A stretch of DNA of 64,000 bases from Octopus bimaculoides (lineage: Eukaryota), in NCBI RefSeq assembly GCF_001194135.2, contig NC_068984.1, forward strand, positions 126,204,706 through 126,268,705. Direction: 5' to 3'. The notes below the pieces were generated by a model. It made no database searches and was not told where the DNA came from. It saw nothing but the letters and a program-made list of their open reading frames with translations. Position numbers and translations under genes: made by a program. This document shows, piece by piece, positions 26,901-36,484 of this stretch; position 1 is the first letter of the stretch, and every line of letters starts with the position of its first letter.

Positions 26901-29900
26901 TGTAGAAAAATATCCTCATTTCAAACAAATATTTCCTCAGACTTCTACTGTAGCCTTTAGACAGAATAAAATTATAATAGAACATTTAATCTCTACTCCA
27001 AGAAAACTAACATTGGAGTATCTGCATGCTGTACCTTGAAAAACAGCCGCCAGAGAGATAAGCCCTGTTCAGTGTGCAACAACATGAGTCAAGTGAATTC
27101 CATCAGAAATCATAACAGAAATGTTATGATTTATACAGAAGTTAAGACATATAGAGATTCCCATTTGGTGTATGCAGCAGAATGCATGAAGCACAACTTG
27201 ATTTATGTTTGTTGTACAACAGAACAATTAAACAAAAGATTTAATGGGCACAAATATGACATCAGGCACACTAACAGTAGTTCAAGAGAACTTGCCAAAC
27301 ATTTTGCATCAAATTGCTGCAATTTTGAAAAAGACTTGAAAGTGCATACTCTCAGAAAATATTCTGAATCTGTTGCACTTTCAATACTCAAAATGCATGA
27401 GTAGAAATATGTTTGCAGATTAACATCATGTCCTGGAGGAAAGAATAAAATGACAGGAGAATTTCATCAAGTTTACACAAAACTGTTTGATTAAATATTC
27501 TTCACCTTTTTTCTTTCTTTTTCTTTTCACCGGTTGAGAAATTGAAACATGAAGACTGGTGTTGAACTTGAAGACTGATGTTGATCTCATTTTAAATTTG
27601 TATATCTATAAATCTGAATTTTTATCACTTTCCATTTTGAACTTGGCAAAGACAGGCTTGCTGTCGAATTATCAACTAATAAAATATCTATTGCAATCGC
27701 ATCATGCTCTTCGTCTTGTCTATTATTATTAAGGTTGGGAGGCGATGAGCCAGCAGAATCGTCAGCATGCTGGGCAAAATGCTTAGCGGTATTTCGGCCG
27801 TCATCACATTTTGGATTCAAATTCTGCCGAGGTCCACTTTGCCTTTCATCCTTTCGAAATCAATAAATTAAGTACCAATGAAACACTGGGGTTGATGTGA
27901 TTGACTTACCCACCCCTCACAAATTTCAGGCCTTGTGCCTATAGTAGAAAGGATTATTAAGGTGGCGAGCTGGCAAAATCGTTTGCACACCATGCAAAAT
28001 GCTTGGCAGTATTTTGTCCATCTTCACATTCTGAGTTCAAATTCACCTGAGGTCTATTTTGCCTTTCATCCTTTTGGGGTCAATAAAATAAGTCCTAGCT
28101 GAGGTTTGGGGTCAATGTAATCGACTATCCTCCTCCCCCAAATTTCAGGTCTTGTTTCAATAAAATCCTTGAAATTATTATTTCAAGGATTATAATAATA
28201 ATCCTTGAAAGGATTATTATTATTATCAAGTAATCTTAATGTTTCATTTGTAACTACCTTGGCATAATGAATGTTCTCCACTATGTTTATATATTATTGT
28301 TGGTGTATATAACAAACAACTAAATTTTAAAAGTTGCTATCATCATCAAATCAAGCATCTCCCTATCACATTGAATACTTCTATTTCTAGCTCCAACCCA
28401 TATTGTTGTGAAAACAGCTTGGATATTGAGGGAGGTGAGGGGCGTATAAACAAATAAACAAGTGCATCAAAGAAAAAGTTACCGCATTACATACACACTT
28501 TTAGGATAGGTAGTTCCTGCAGCTGCAAAAATCTATTACAAGTACTCGAATGGAAGGAGAAAGTGAAAAACAATACTATATACAAGGAGGTTTTCATCAA
28601 GCAGATAATGGTTTCAGTCTATTTACATGGAGTGTTGGAATTGAGTTAACGTATAGTCATGTCTTCCACAATAACAGTATCCACCTCTATAGTTATTTAT
28701 AGTCATCTTCATTAACCATTGAGCATTCACATTATTATGTCAAATGTAATGCTTATCTATTCACATTGTTTCAAATGAATCCTGCATTATATCATAGCTT
28801 CGAGATTTTGATGCTGTGATTGTTTATTTTCCAAATGACATTCTAAGGTAGATTTGATAAGCTGGATTTGGCCGGTTCAAACATAAAACATAGCTTATCT
28901 GAGATGGATATGACCAGTTTAAATGCTAAAGGGTTAAGCTGCTATTTGAGGGAATTTAGATTTCTTTCTTTTTGTCTCTAGCTATAACATAGCTCTAACT
29001 GGTTTAATCAATTTCACAGCAGTTTTATCACCACTACCCTACTTTTTGCATTTTTTATGTACTGCTAGACTAGTAATCTGTGTACGAAGTTCCGTACCTT
29101 ATTAAATGTAAAGTTTGAGGCTTGTTTTGGGTGTTAGAACCTTCAGACATCAGTTATTTTTGTGCAGTTACATTGATTTAGTACTCATCTAATTCTTTTT
29201 TAATTACATCTATTGAACAGGTCTGCTGTACTAATTCTCCTCACATGACTCAATCCTTGGTGAGTTTTTTTTTATCTGAGAAACTTTTATAACTGAATGT
29301 TGAATGCCTGTATGTTGAAACGGTGAAATTGGTGCTGCTCTTTTAGCAGCTTTATGACAAATCTTTCCTCACAGGAAAATGTGGAATGAGTGATAAAACT
29401 TGTAGAAGTTAGGGGGGCTACAGCTGGTCTGTTTAATCCTTACTGAAGATGAAATAGATCTTTTAAAAGCTGTCCCTGCCTATGGCAGGTTCTCCAATGT
29501 TCTTAAGACTGGGCAGTGATAGCAATTCATTTATTTCACACCTAAATGAGTGATCTGTCTTAGTGAGCTATCAAGGGATCTTCTGTTTGTTCCTCGATCT
29601 GCTAGAAATAACAGTCAAATCTCAATTTTCTTCTTACATGGCTACGGTTGAGAATTTTGCTTCCCAACCATGTAGTCTCGAGTTTAGTTCCATTGTGTGA
29701 CACCTTGGGCAAGTGTTTTCTACTATAGCCCCAAGTCAACCAAAGCCTTGTGAGTAGATTTTGTAGGCAAAAACTGAAGAAGCCCATCACATGTGTTTGT
29801 GTGTTTTCCTTTGTGTTCACTGCTTTGTAAACAATGGTTTCCCTCTTGATTTCATTGTCTTGCAGTCTGTTACAAAAACTTATCCAGGCTTACTAGCATG

Positions 29901-32900
29901 TTTTGACATGTTACACAATCATTGTAAACAAAATGGTGTTGATTTGTTTCCAGTTCCCCACATAAAATATGAGGAGTTGTTCAATAGATAGGGAGACTAT
30001 TGCCTCTCTTGGAAACAGGTGGTGGGGGATTGGCAACGGGATGGGCATCGTGTTGTTGAAAGACTGTGCCTCAACATATTCTCATTCAGTAACAACTTTA
30101 GCTGTGTGAATTGGTGCATTATCATCCTGAAAGATTGTGTTTCCCTTCGGAAACAGTTCCACAACCATAGGATGAATTTGATCAGATAAAATGCTTAAAT
30201 AGTCTTGACTATTAATTCTGCCATGAAGAGAAACCATTGGGCTGGCAAATTTCCAAGATGTAGCCCCCTAGATCATCACAGATCCTCCTCCATGTTTAAC
30301 AGTTGGAATGAAGCAGTCTGGGTCAAATGCTTCTTTCGGCTGTCTCCACACGTATACTCGGCCGGTGGTCGGAAATAAGGTAAAGGCTGACTCGTCCAAG
30401 AAAATAACATTCTTCCACTGCTCTAGGGACCAAAGTAGTGGTTTTCTGATTACAGCCCTCCTGTGACATCTGGCTTTGTGCAGCTCTCGGCAAACAGTTT
30501 TTGTGGGAACTGGGTTCTTGAGGTGGTCATAAGCCTTGCAGTAATTTTGAGAGCTGTACTTTTGTGATCCTTTCTAATAATTTTGACGAGGAGGTTTTTC
30601 CCTTTCTCAAAGGCTGTCATTACTTTCGAGACAGTACTTCTTGATACACCAAACATTTTGGCTGTTTTCATTACACTAGCACCTGCCATATGAGCACTAA
30701 CAATTTGACCTCTTTGAAAGTCCAATAGATCTGTCATTTTAATGAATTTTAATTATCTTTTTCTGATGATATCTGAAAAGAAACAGCAATTTTAACAAAA
30801 CATATTAAGCAACACTAGTAATAAATCAAAAGACATAAAAGTAAACAAGCTTTTGAAGGTTTTATAGATATTTCAAAATTATGATGCTAGGTGTTTCCAT
30901 TATTTTGTCCAACTCCTGTATATTAGTAAATATAATAGCTAAATATTGTTTATCTCTTTTCTAATGTAAAGTTATTAGAATTCTCATGTCTTATGCCTTC
31001 TTCATTTCAGAACCTGAATAATGGAGGTAAAATTTGGCAAGGTCAAGGTAAAAAGATGTTTTGATTAGTTTTTATGTGCGTATGTATGTGAGAGAGCTAT
31101 AACTGAGTAGATAAAAGTAATGAATTATCGAGCTATCTAAAGAGGGTGTCTTTATGCAGTGACTTGACCTGCTAGAAATTACAGCTAAATCTCCTTCAAA
31201 TCACATCTTGTCATCTTACCAAAATTGCTCTGATGAAGCATTATACAATGCTGTCCTAGATACATTATGTCTAAAAAAAAAAACAGAATGATTATAACTG
31301 GAAAGTCTTTGATGATTAGATTGTCTGATAGGAGTTGACTTACAACAAAACAGCTACAACATTAGTTCTAATCTGCTGCAGTTGTTTTTAATGAGACTAA
31401 CGTTTCTGTGTCTCCTTTGTGAAGTATAGGGATCAGATCTGGTGGTATATTTTTGGTTTTGTAATCTATCTGAGGCAGACAACAGGGAACTGCAGTGCAT
31501 TAAACCCTAGAATATCCAGTAGGTGCTGCTGGAATGCCCATAAGTCATTTTCAGTTTGATAGTTCTTTACTCTTTAACTATTTACCATTTTACAGTTTCT
31601 TTTGTTTGTTTTGTTTTTTGAGATTTGTTTTGATGTCTTAAAAAATATTTGTATTCATGTGTGTTCTCTTTCTCTTCGTAGCATTTGGAGAACACGATGA
31701 TATCAGCAACAATTCACCTCCGTACAGCCCTACACCATGTCTGAAAGTGCGTAACATGTTTAAAGCAGATGTGTAAGTACAGTGTACAGTTTCTTCACCC
31801 TGCAGTGTAACTTACTCTTTCCCTCTTTGTCATGATCACTGTCTTTTGTATGTTGGCATAGGTTGGACAATTACACCTTTTTTCTCGAGTATAATTTCAT
31901 TTATCATTATTATTAAGACAGCAAGCTGGCAGAATCGTTAGTGTGCCGGATGAAATGCTTAGCAGTATTTTGCCTGTCGCTACGTTCTGAGTTCAAATTC
32001 CACCAAGGTCGACTTTGCCTTTCAAGTAAATTAAGTACTAGTAAAACACTGGGATCAATGTAATCGACTAGTCCCCTCTCCCAAAATTTCAGGCCTTGTG
32101 CCTATAGTAGAAAGGACAAAATGCTTAGCAGCATTTTTTCCAGTTTTATGTTGAGTTCAGATTCAATGGAGGTCAACTTTATCTTTTATCCTTTCAGGGG
32201 TCAATAAAATAAGTTCCAGTCAAGTTCAGGGTCAATGCCAAAAACTTATCCACTTCACCCCTCAAAATTTGAGGCTTTGTGCCGATAAGTGAAAGAATTA
32301 TTATTATTGTTAATCACTTCAGCTAACATTGCCCAAGTAACTACATTCCATCATAAACTCAATAGTATTTAGTTGCTATTTAACCTCGGGTGATCTCTAA
32401 TTGAGCTGTCTTATAATGATAGAGGTTCCAACTGTGACCATCATCATCATTTTACTTGCATTTTACCATACTGGCATGACTTGAGCCAGTTTTCTGAGGC
32501 AGTGTTTTACAGCCAGAAGATACCCTATTAGTCACCTCTTATGACATGCAGGGATACAGGGTCTTTATTCTAAAACTGGGATACACACTCAATATTAAGC
32601 AAAATGTATCTATAACTATCCAATGTGTCTTTCAAATCTTTTAAGACAATATGGTATAGTTTGAACGAAATTTGATTGCTATTTCTACCAAATGCAAAAC
32701 AGATGGTTAGCATTTCTCTTGACATAAGTGAAAGAAACTGCCTTTGTTTCATTTTTACATTCATTATTCCATGCTAACATGGGCTACACAGATATATTAT
32801 TAAGGTATTGCTTCTGGATGCTCTTCCTGGTGCTAACCCTTACCTTCCTTCCAAGCAAAGTCTCCCTTATTTCATATGCTTTAATTAACATCATATTCAC

Positions 32901-34396
32901 TTGTAGTTGGAAATTTTCAGAGAAATGCAAGTGTAAACAAACTCACGCACAGAGAAGCTTCATTTAGTTTCCATCTATCAAATCTACTTGTTAAGCTTTT
33001 ACTGCCCCTGGGCTTGTAGTAGATGATACTTGCACAGTGAAACAAAATCCAAAGCTACATGGTTGGGAAGCAAACTTCTTAATCACAACTGTCTAGTCTT
33101 TTGAACTCGACTGCATGTTTCCACTGAAGTTAAATCATATTTGCATGTAGCAGTGTCCCGACCTCTGGCTTCATGTTTTCATCTCTTCTGCATACATCAT
33201 CTTAATATTGTGTTCTTTTTGCTGTAGGCTATTGGGTAAAAGTGCACAGTAGTGGGGCTAGAATAAAGGAACACAAAGGGACCTTATTACCTTCATAATG
33301 TAACGAGACATTTTGGCGCTTCTCACTCATGTCTCTTTTCCTCTCTGTTTTCAGTGAAGAAGGTGATGACTGGGATGTACATATAGAAGATGCAATTTTA
33401 GAAAAATGTAAAAATATCAATGGAATTCTTCACATTCATGTCGATAAATCTTCTAAAGAGGTAAACTAAATTTCATTTTTTTTTTTTTTTGTTTCAAATT
33501 TAACTACCATTGTAAAAAGATATCTTACACAACAAAATATCTATTCTGGTTAAACACATTAAAAACTAGTTACACATATAATCTTTACCATTATCATCAC
33601 ATCACCACCACTGCACGCAAGCATACAATTTTGCCATTCACTACACATGCACACTCCTCAACCATAACTGCTATAAAATGTTTTTGTTTGTTATCCACTT
33701 CAGGGATGTGTCTACATCAAATGTGACAATTGCGAAACTGCAGGTCATGTGTACAGATCTCTCCATGGATGGTGGTTTGATAGTAAGTACATCTTTATAT
33801 ATGTCTCTGCTAGAGTAACAGTTGACAGTGATGTCTCCAACACGAGGTGACAGTAGACAGTGATGTCTCCAACACGAGGTGACAGTAGACAGTGATGTCT
33901 CCAACACATGGTGACAGTAAACAGTGAGGTGACAGTACAGTGATGTCTCCTGCACAAGGTGACAGTAGACAGTGATATCTCCAGCATTAGGTGACAGTAG
34001 ACGGTGATGTCTCCAGTACGAGGTGACAGTAGACGGTGATGTCTCCAGTACGAGGTGACAGTAGATGGTGATATCTCCAGCAAGAGGTGACAGTACATGG
34101 TGATGTCTCCAGCACAAGGTGACAGTAGATGGTGATGTCTCCAGCATGAAGTGAGAGGTGACAGTAGACAGTGATGTCTCCAGCACGAGGTGACAGTAGA
34201 CGGTGATGTCTCCAGCATGAAGTAAGAGGTGACAGTAGACAGTGATATCTCCAGTACGAGGTGAAAATAGATGGTGATGTCTCCAGTACGAGGTGACAGT
34301 AGACAGTGATGTCTACCTCAGATTGTGAATGTAACCAATGATGTTACTATAATACATTGAGACAGATATTTCAATGTTTACTAAGCATGTCTTCAA

Positions 34397-34428
<32 letters not shown>

Positions 34429-34592
34429 GCACAGGACGTCTAGTGACAGTGAAGTACCTCCGGCTGGACATGTACCATGACCGTTTCCCATCATCTCGAG
34501 TTGCCGTTAAAGCTATGAAACCATCTTCACACAGCAGAACACATTCAGTGTGTCAGCAGCCCATACAACGATACAGTCTACAGATGACATAG
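12858..34592 (+). CDS. LEMD3: Inner nuclear membrane protein MAN1/LEMD3-like, 5'-partial gene model (12 coding exons)
   Basis: Exons 12858-12930, 16913-17010, 18892-18950, 21215-21357, 22852-22953, 24702-24801, 25530-25650, 31011-31047, 31682-31772, 33355-33460, 33704-33782 and 34435-34592 join in one frame through GT-AG introns. The product contains MAN1 hallmarks YGNILCG, PYMSFTCRLRRA, a TM segment, HVRDKLL, ESRIRHETRMIEGEEFDVWRW, KIWQGQAF, PTPCLKVRNMF, EDAILEKC, GCVYIKC, LHGWWFD and LVTVKYLRLD. No LEM domain or first TM exon was found. Confidence 0.93.
14897..15497 (-). mobile_element. RTE-clade LINE 3' end (ORF C-terminus, subrepeat-containing 3'UTR and (GAT)n tail)
   Basis: The minus frame from 15497 to 15306 reads NEDSCVKKCHTLTVEGTRGRGRPRKTWAEVVRQDLRTLGLTEAMTTDRDLWKCAVREKTRQAK*, the typical RTE R-x-R-G-R-P...W...D...DR..W tail. 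It continues into the common repeat ending GGACGTTAAACGATGATGATG. Confidence 0.85.
16913..17010 (+). CDS. LEMD3: LEMD3-like exon (G-NILCGQNSNGNSKNMSKEVVSQLIAAEVEEEP)
   Basis: ttccag| acceptor and |gtaagt donor; 98 nt; resembles the luminal GxxxCG motif. Confidence 0.8.
18892..18950 (+). CDS. LEMD3: LEMD3-like exon (MIIEQLIMWMIISNEDWGI-R)
   Basis: Pyrimidine tract with an AAG acceptor (alternatives at 18903 and 18906) and |gtaagt donor; phase 0 to 2; resembles MAN1 W-I-x-x-N-x-x-x-G-I-R. Confidence 0.75.
19546..19765. mobile_element. piggyBac-type MITE (220 bp, TTAA target duplication)
   Basis: TTAA|CCCTTTAGTGTT ... AACACTAAAGGG|TTAA, a perfect 12-bp TIR. Related copies at 143-350, 8194-8408, 9267-9486, ~18200-18428, ~20070-20186, 28716-28933 and 49620-49837. 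Confidence 0.85.
21215..21357 (+). CDS. LEMD3: LEMD3-like exon (PLTVNGTIPERVEELAYVESYTPYMSFTCRLRRAIFDTIYQLLLGCL)
   Basis: ttacag| and |gtgagt; 143 nt, phase 2 to 1; contains the P-x-M-S-F-x-C-R motif. Confidence 0.92.
22852..22953 (+). CDS. LEMD3: LEMD3-like exon, TM2 end (GVVLLILLLRFCLVQHQKKEEEQQQIYEMIEKII)
   Basis: ttgtcag| and |gtaagt; 102 nt. Confidence 0.93.
24702..24801 (+). CDS. LEMD3: LEMD3-like exon (DTLKSECEAMSRHDEEPYLAVQHVRDKLLQPSK-R)
   Basis: tttcag| and |gtattt; 100 nt; contains PY-x-x-x-x-HVRD. Confidence 0.92.
25530..25650 (+). CDS. LEMD3: LEMD3-like exon (KQLLPIWKKAAKFIEENESRIRHETRMIEGEEFDVWRWLP)
   Basis: ttttag| and |gtaagt; 121 nt; winged-helix/MSC core. Confidence 0.95.
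26080..27495 (+). mobile_element. Degenerate Penelope-like retroelement (RT plus GIY-YIG endonuclease), 5'-truncated, in a LEMD3 intron
   Basis: Broken frames give NIDHDERVEAC, FVLQSNTMKFGQKF, GTPMAVNFVNVFM and EPIFWLRFIDDVFFVWEG (PLE RT). These are followed by PCSVC...SHLVYAAECMKHNLIYVCCTTEQLNKRFNGHKYDI...ELAKHF (GIY-YIG-like). Many stops and frameshifts. Confidence 0.85.
27733..28200 (+). mobile_element. Tandem pair of (ATT)n-tailed tRNA-derived SINEs with a Meta-domain-like core
   Basis: Head GGCGAGCTGGCAGAATCG...GAGTTCAAATTC, core GCCTTTCATCCTTTCGGGGTCGATAAA..AAGTACCAG, (ATT)n tail. Other copies at ~5010-5200, 9730-9920, 15525-15710(-), 25770-26075, 31915-32310 (tandem), 40555-40785, 41100-41260(-), 51330-51530(-), 52030-52290(-), 54575-54790 and 56690-56830(-). 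MetaSINE affinity is from recall. Confidence 0.8.
30065..30918 (-). mobile_element. Tc1-family transposon fragment (left TIR plus disrupted transposase)
   Basis: The minus strand begins TA|CAGGAGTTGGACAAAATAATGGAAACACC. It reads MTDLLDFQRGQIV...FGVSRSTVSKVM (paired-like HTH), then WKNVIFLDES, TVKHGGGSVMI and IFQDDNAPIH (first two catalytic D). Truncated before the DD34E glutamate. Confidence 0.9.
31011..31047 (+). CDS. LEMD3: LEMD3-like small exon (NLNNGGKIWQGQ-A)
   Basis: tttcag| and |gtaaaa; 37 nt; supplies the conserved WQGQA and fits the phase 0 to 1 junction. Confidence 0.88.
31682..31772 (+). CDS. LEMD3: LEMD3-like exon (FGEHDDISNNSPPYSPTPCLKVRNMFKAD-V)
   Basis: ttcgtag| and |gtaagt; 91 nt; start of the UHM/RRM. 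Confidence 0.95.
33355..33460 (+). CDS. LEMD3: LEMD3-like exon (EEGDDWDVHIEDAILEKCKNINGILHIHVDKSSKE)
   Basis: ttttcag| and |gtaaac; 106 nt. Confidence 0.95.
33704..33782 (+). CDS. LEMD3: LEMD3-like exon (GCVYIKCDNCETAGHVYRSLHGWWFD)
   Basis: acttcag| and |gtaagt; 79 nt; RNP1-like GCVYIK. Confidence 0.95.
33820..34315. repeat. 32-bp minisatellite (~15 units) in the last LEMD3 intron
   Basis: Unit GAGGTGACAGTAGACAGTGATGTCTCCAGCAC, contiguous with no unique spacers. Confidence 0.95.
34435..34592 (+). CDS. LEMD3: LEMD3-like last coding exon (RRLVTVKYLRLDMYHDRFP...YSLQMT*)
   Basis: tgcacag| acceptor after a (CT)n/(CTTT)n tract; the TAG stop ends at 34592. Confidence 0.93.
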
Positions 34593-36387
34593 GTCACACC
34601 AATGCTTTCCAGTGCCTTTCTTTCTCTCCAACAACCCCTTCCCTTTTTTCTCCTCTATCTTATACCCATTGACATTTCATGGACTCTACATACACTCTAC
34701 TACCATGTGACTTTTATTACTGTCTAAAACATGTTATAATATTGTCATAATATCATCACCACTATTATCATCATCATTACCAACTATTGGCTATTACTTC
34801 ATGTCAGTTTCCATAGCTTTGTGTGTGTGCGTATATCTGTCTGTCTACCTCTCTCTCTGTGTTTGTATGTGTGTGTGAGTGTACACCTGTTGTATATATT
34901 GCTGCCCAGCAACTCTATGAATGTGTGTTTGTCATATATATATATATATATTGCTATATAAGAGGACTTGTATATGCAGTGTATTACATCTATATGTTGC
35001 AGTGGTGTGCATGTGTGTGCTTGTACAGACATTAATGTATTGTTCTCTCTGTCTCTCTCAATATATATATACATATATATATATATTTATATATGTATAT
35101 ATATATATGTGTGTGTGTGTGTGTATGTAATATTTACATACATCCTCCCTCCTATCAGAGTGTTTTGGTGTGTTCATTATTGTCCTGCCTTACCACATCT
35201 TACACCAACATATTCTACCAACCACTCACCACCTACCTCATATTGAAACATGAACATTTTGATGTTCACCATTTCACTCACTCCCTCATTTAATCCTTGT
35301 TCCTTCCCCCTATTCTAGATGCTGCTGTATTTTTATTCTATAACCCATTTATTTTAAGCTAATTTAACTTCCAGTCAAACAAAAAAAAGGACCTTGCTTT
35401 TTGTCTGTTTTATTTTTTCCTTGTGCGCGCGCGTGTGTGTGTGTGTTTATTTATCATATGTTATTATTGTTGTTACTAACTTTGCCTTCACATAGGTTTT
35501 GTGTTGTTTGAATTAGGTCTGCCACAACATAGCTGTCATCTTACCCTACTTATAGCTAGCCTAATTGGACCAAGCCTACCACAACTAAACTGGGTTGCAT
35601 CATTTAATTAATAGGGCTTTGAATGAATCAATTCATTTAGCTTCCCAGTTATTTCACTGGTCAAATCACAGTTACAGTGCGTAGGAATAAGTTTGGAGAT
35701 GTTTACAAGTTGGAAACACAATTGAGTGTCACAATTTCTTGTATGCTCCTTTTCTGTGTCCAGTTTGTTTCAGTGAGGTTTTGCTAAAACTATTACCAAA
35801 AATGTTCTGTATGAAAATGTTTCATTCTTTTAGTTTCGAACTCTTTTTCTGCTCCCCCATACACTGTATTACTTCATGCCACCTCTGTCGTCTTACCTTT
35901 TTAAAGTGTAAAACACTTTCACCTCTGTTACTCTGCCTATTAGTAGAGCTAGTTCCGAGAAACAATACCATCACACCATTTGTATTTTGGTGTGTGTGTG
36001 TGTGTGTCTGTAGATGTAAATATGTGTGTGTGTGTAGCTGTATGAAACGAATTATTTTGCAATTAGTTATTTGTATTTTTCTACATTGTGTATGGTGTTG
36101 GTTGGTGGTGTAATACTTCTTGTGGGTCTGTGACACACACTCCTGTATTATGATGGTAGTACACTTCTCTGCAATTTGGTATGACTACTGTACCTAATGT
36201 ATCACAGTCCTGTACTGTTGTTCTCCTGTGTGACACAACTCTGTGCTGTTTCTATCATATGACACAACTATACTGTGGTGTTAATCATTAACCAAACAGT
36301 TCCATTTAACCGACGTCTTCATATAAGCATCCTTTTCCTGTTCTGCCAACAGTGACATATTTATTTCTGTATTTTCCCCTCATCCTC

Positions 36388-36391
<4 letters not shown>

Positions 36392-36479
<88 letters not shown>
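36392..36479. repeat. (CA)n microsatellite
   Basis: Uninterrupted AC run. Other microsatellites: (TA)n ~20952-20988 and ~39941-39983, (GATA)n ~13705-13765, (TG)n ~53056-53084. Confidence 0.98.

Positions 36480-36484
<5 letters not shown>

Noticed and set aside
33671-34218. 171-aa and 157-aa repetitive ORFs; CRISPR-like look of the 32-bp repeat
   Set aside because: These are translations of a minisatellite. The units are contiguous with no unique spacers, no cas genes are present, and the context is eukaryotic.
33780-34437. A-to-I recoding candidates at junction codons (LEMD3 FD-R-R versus vertebrate FDG; PDHB IIE-S at 45517 versus vertebrate G)
   Set aside because: As I recall, these positions vary among invertebrates, and DNA alone gives no evidence of editing.
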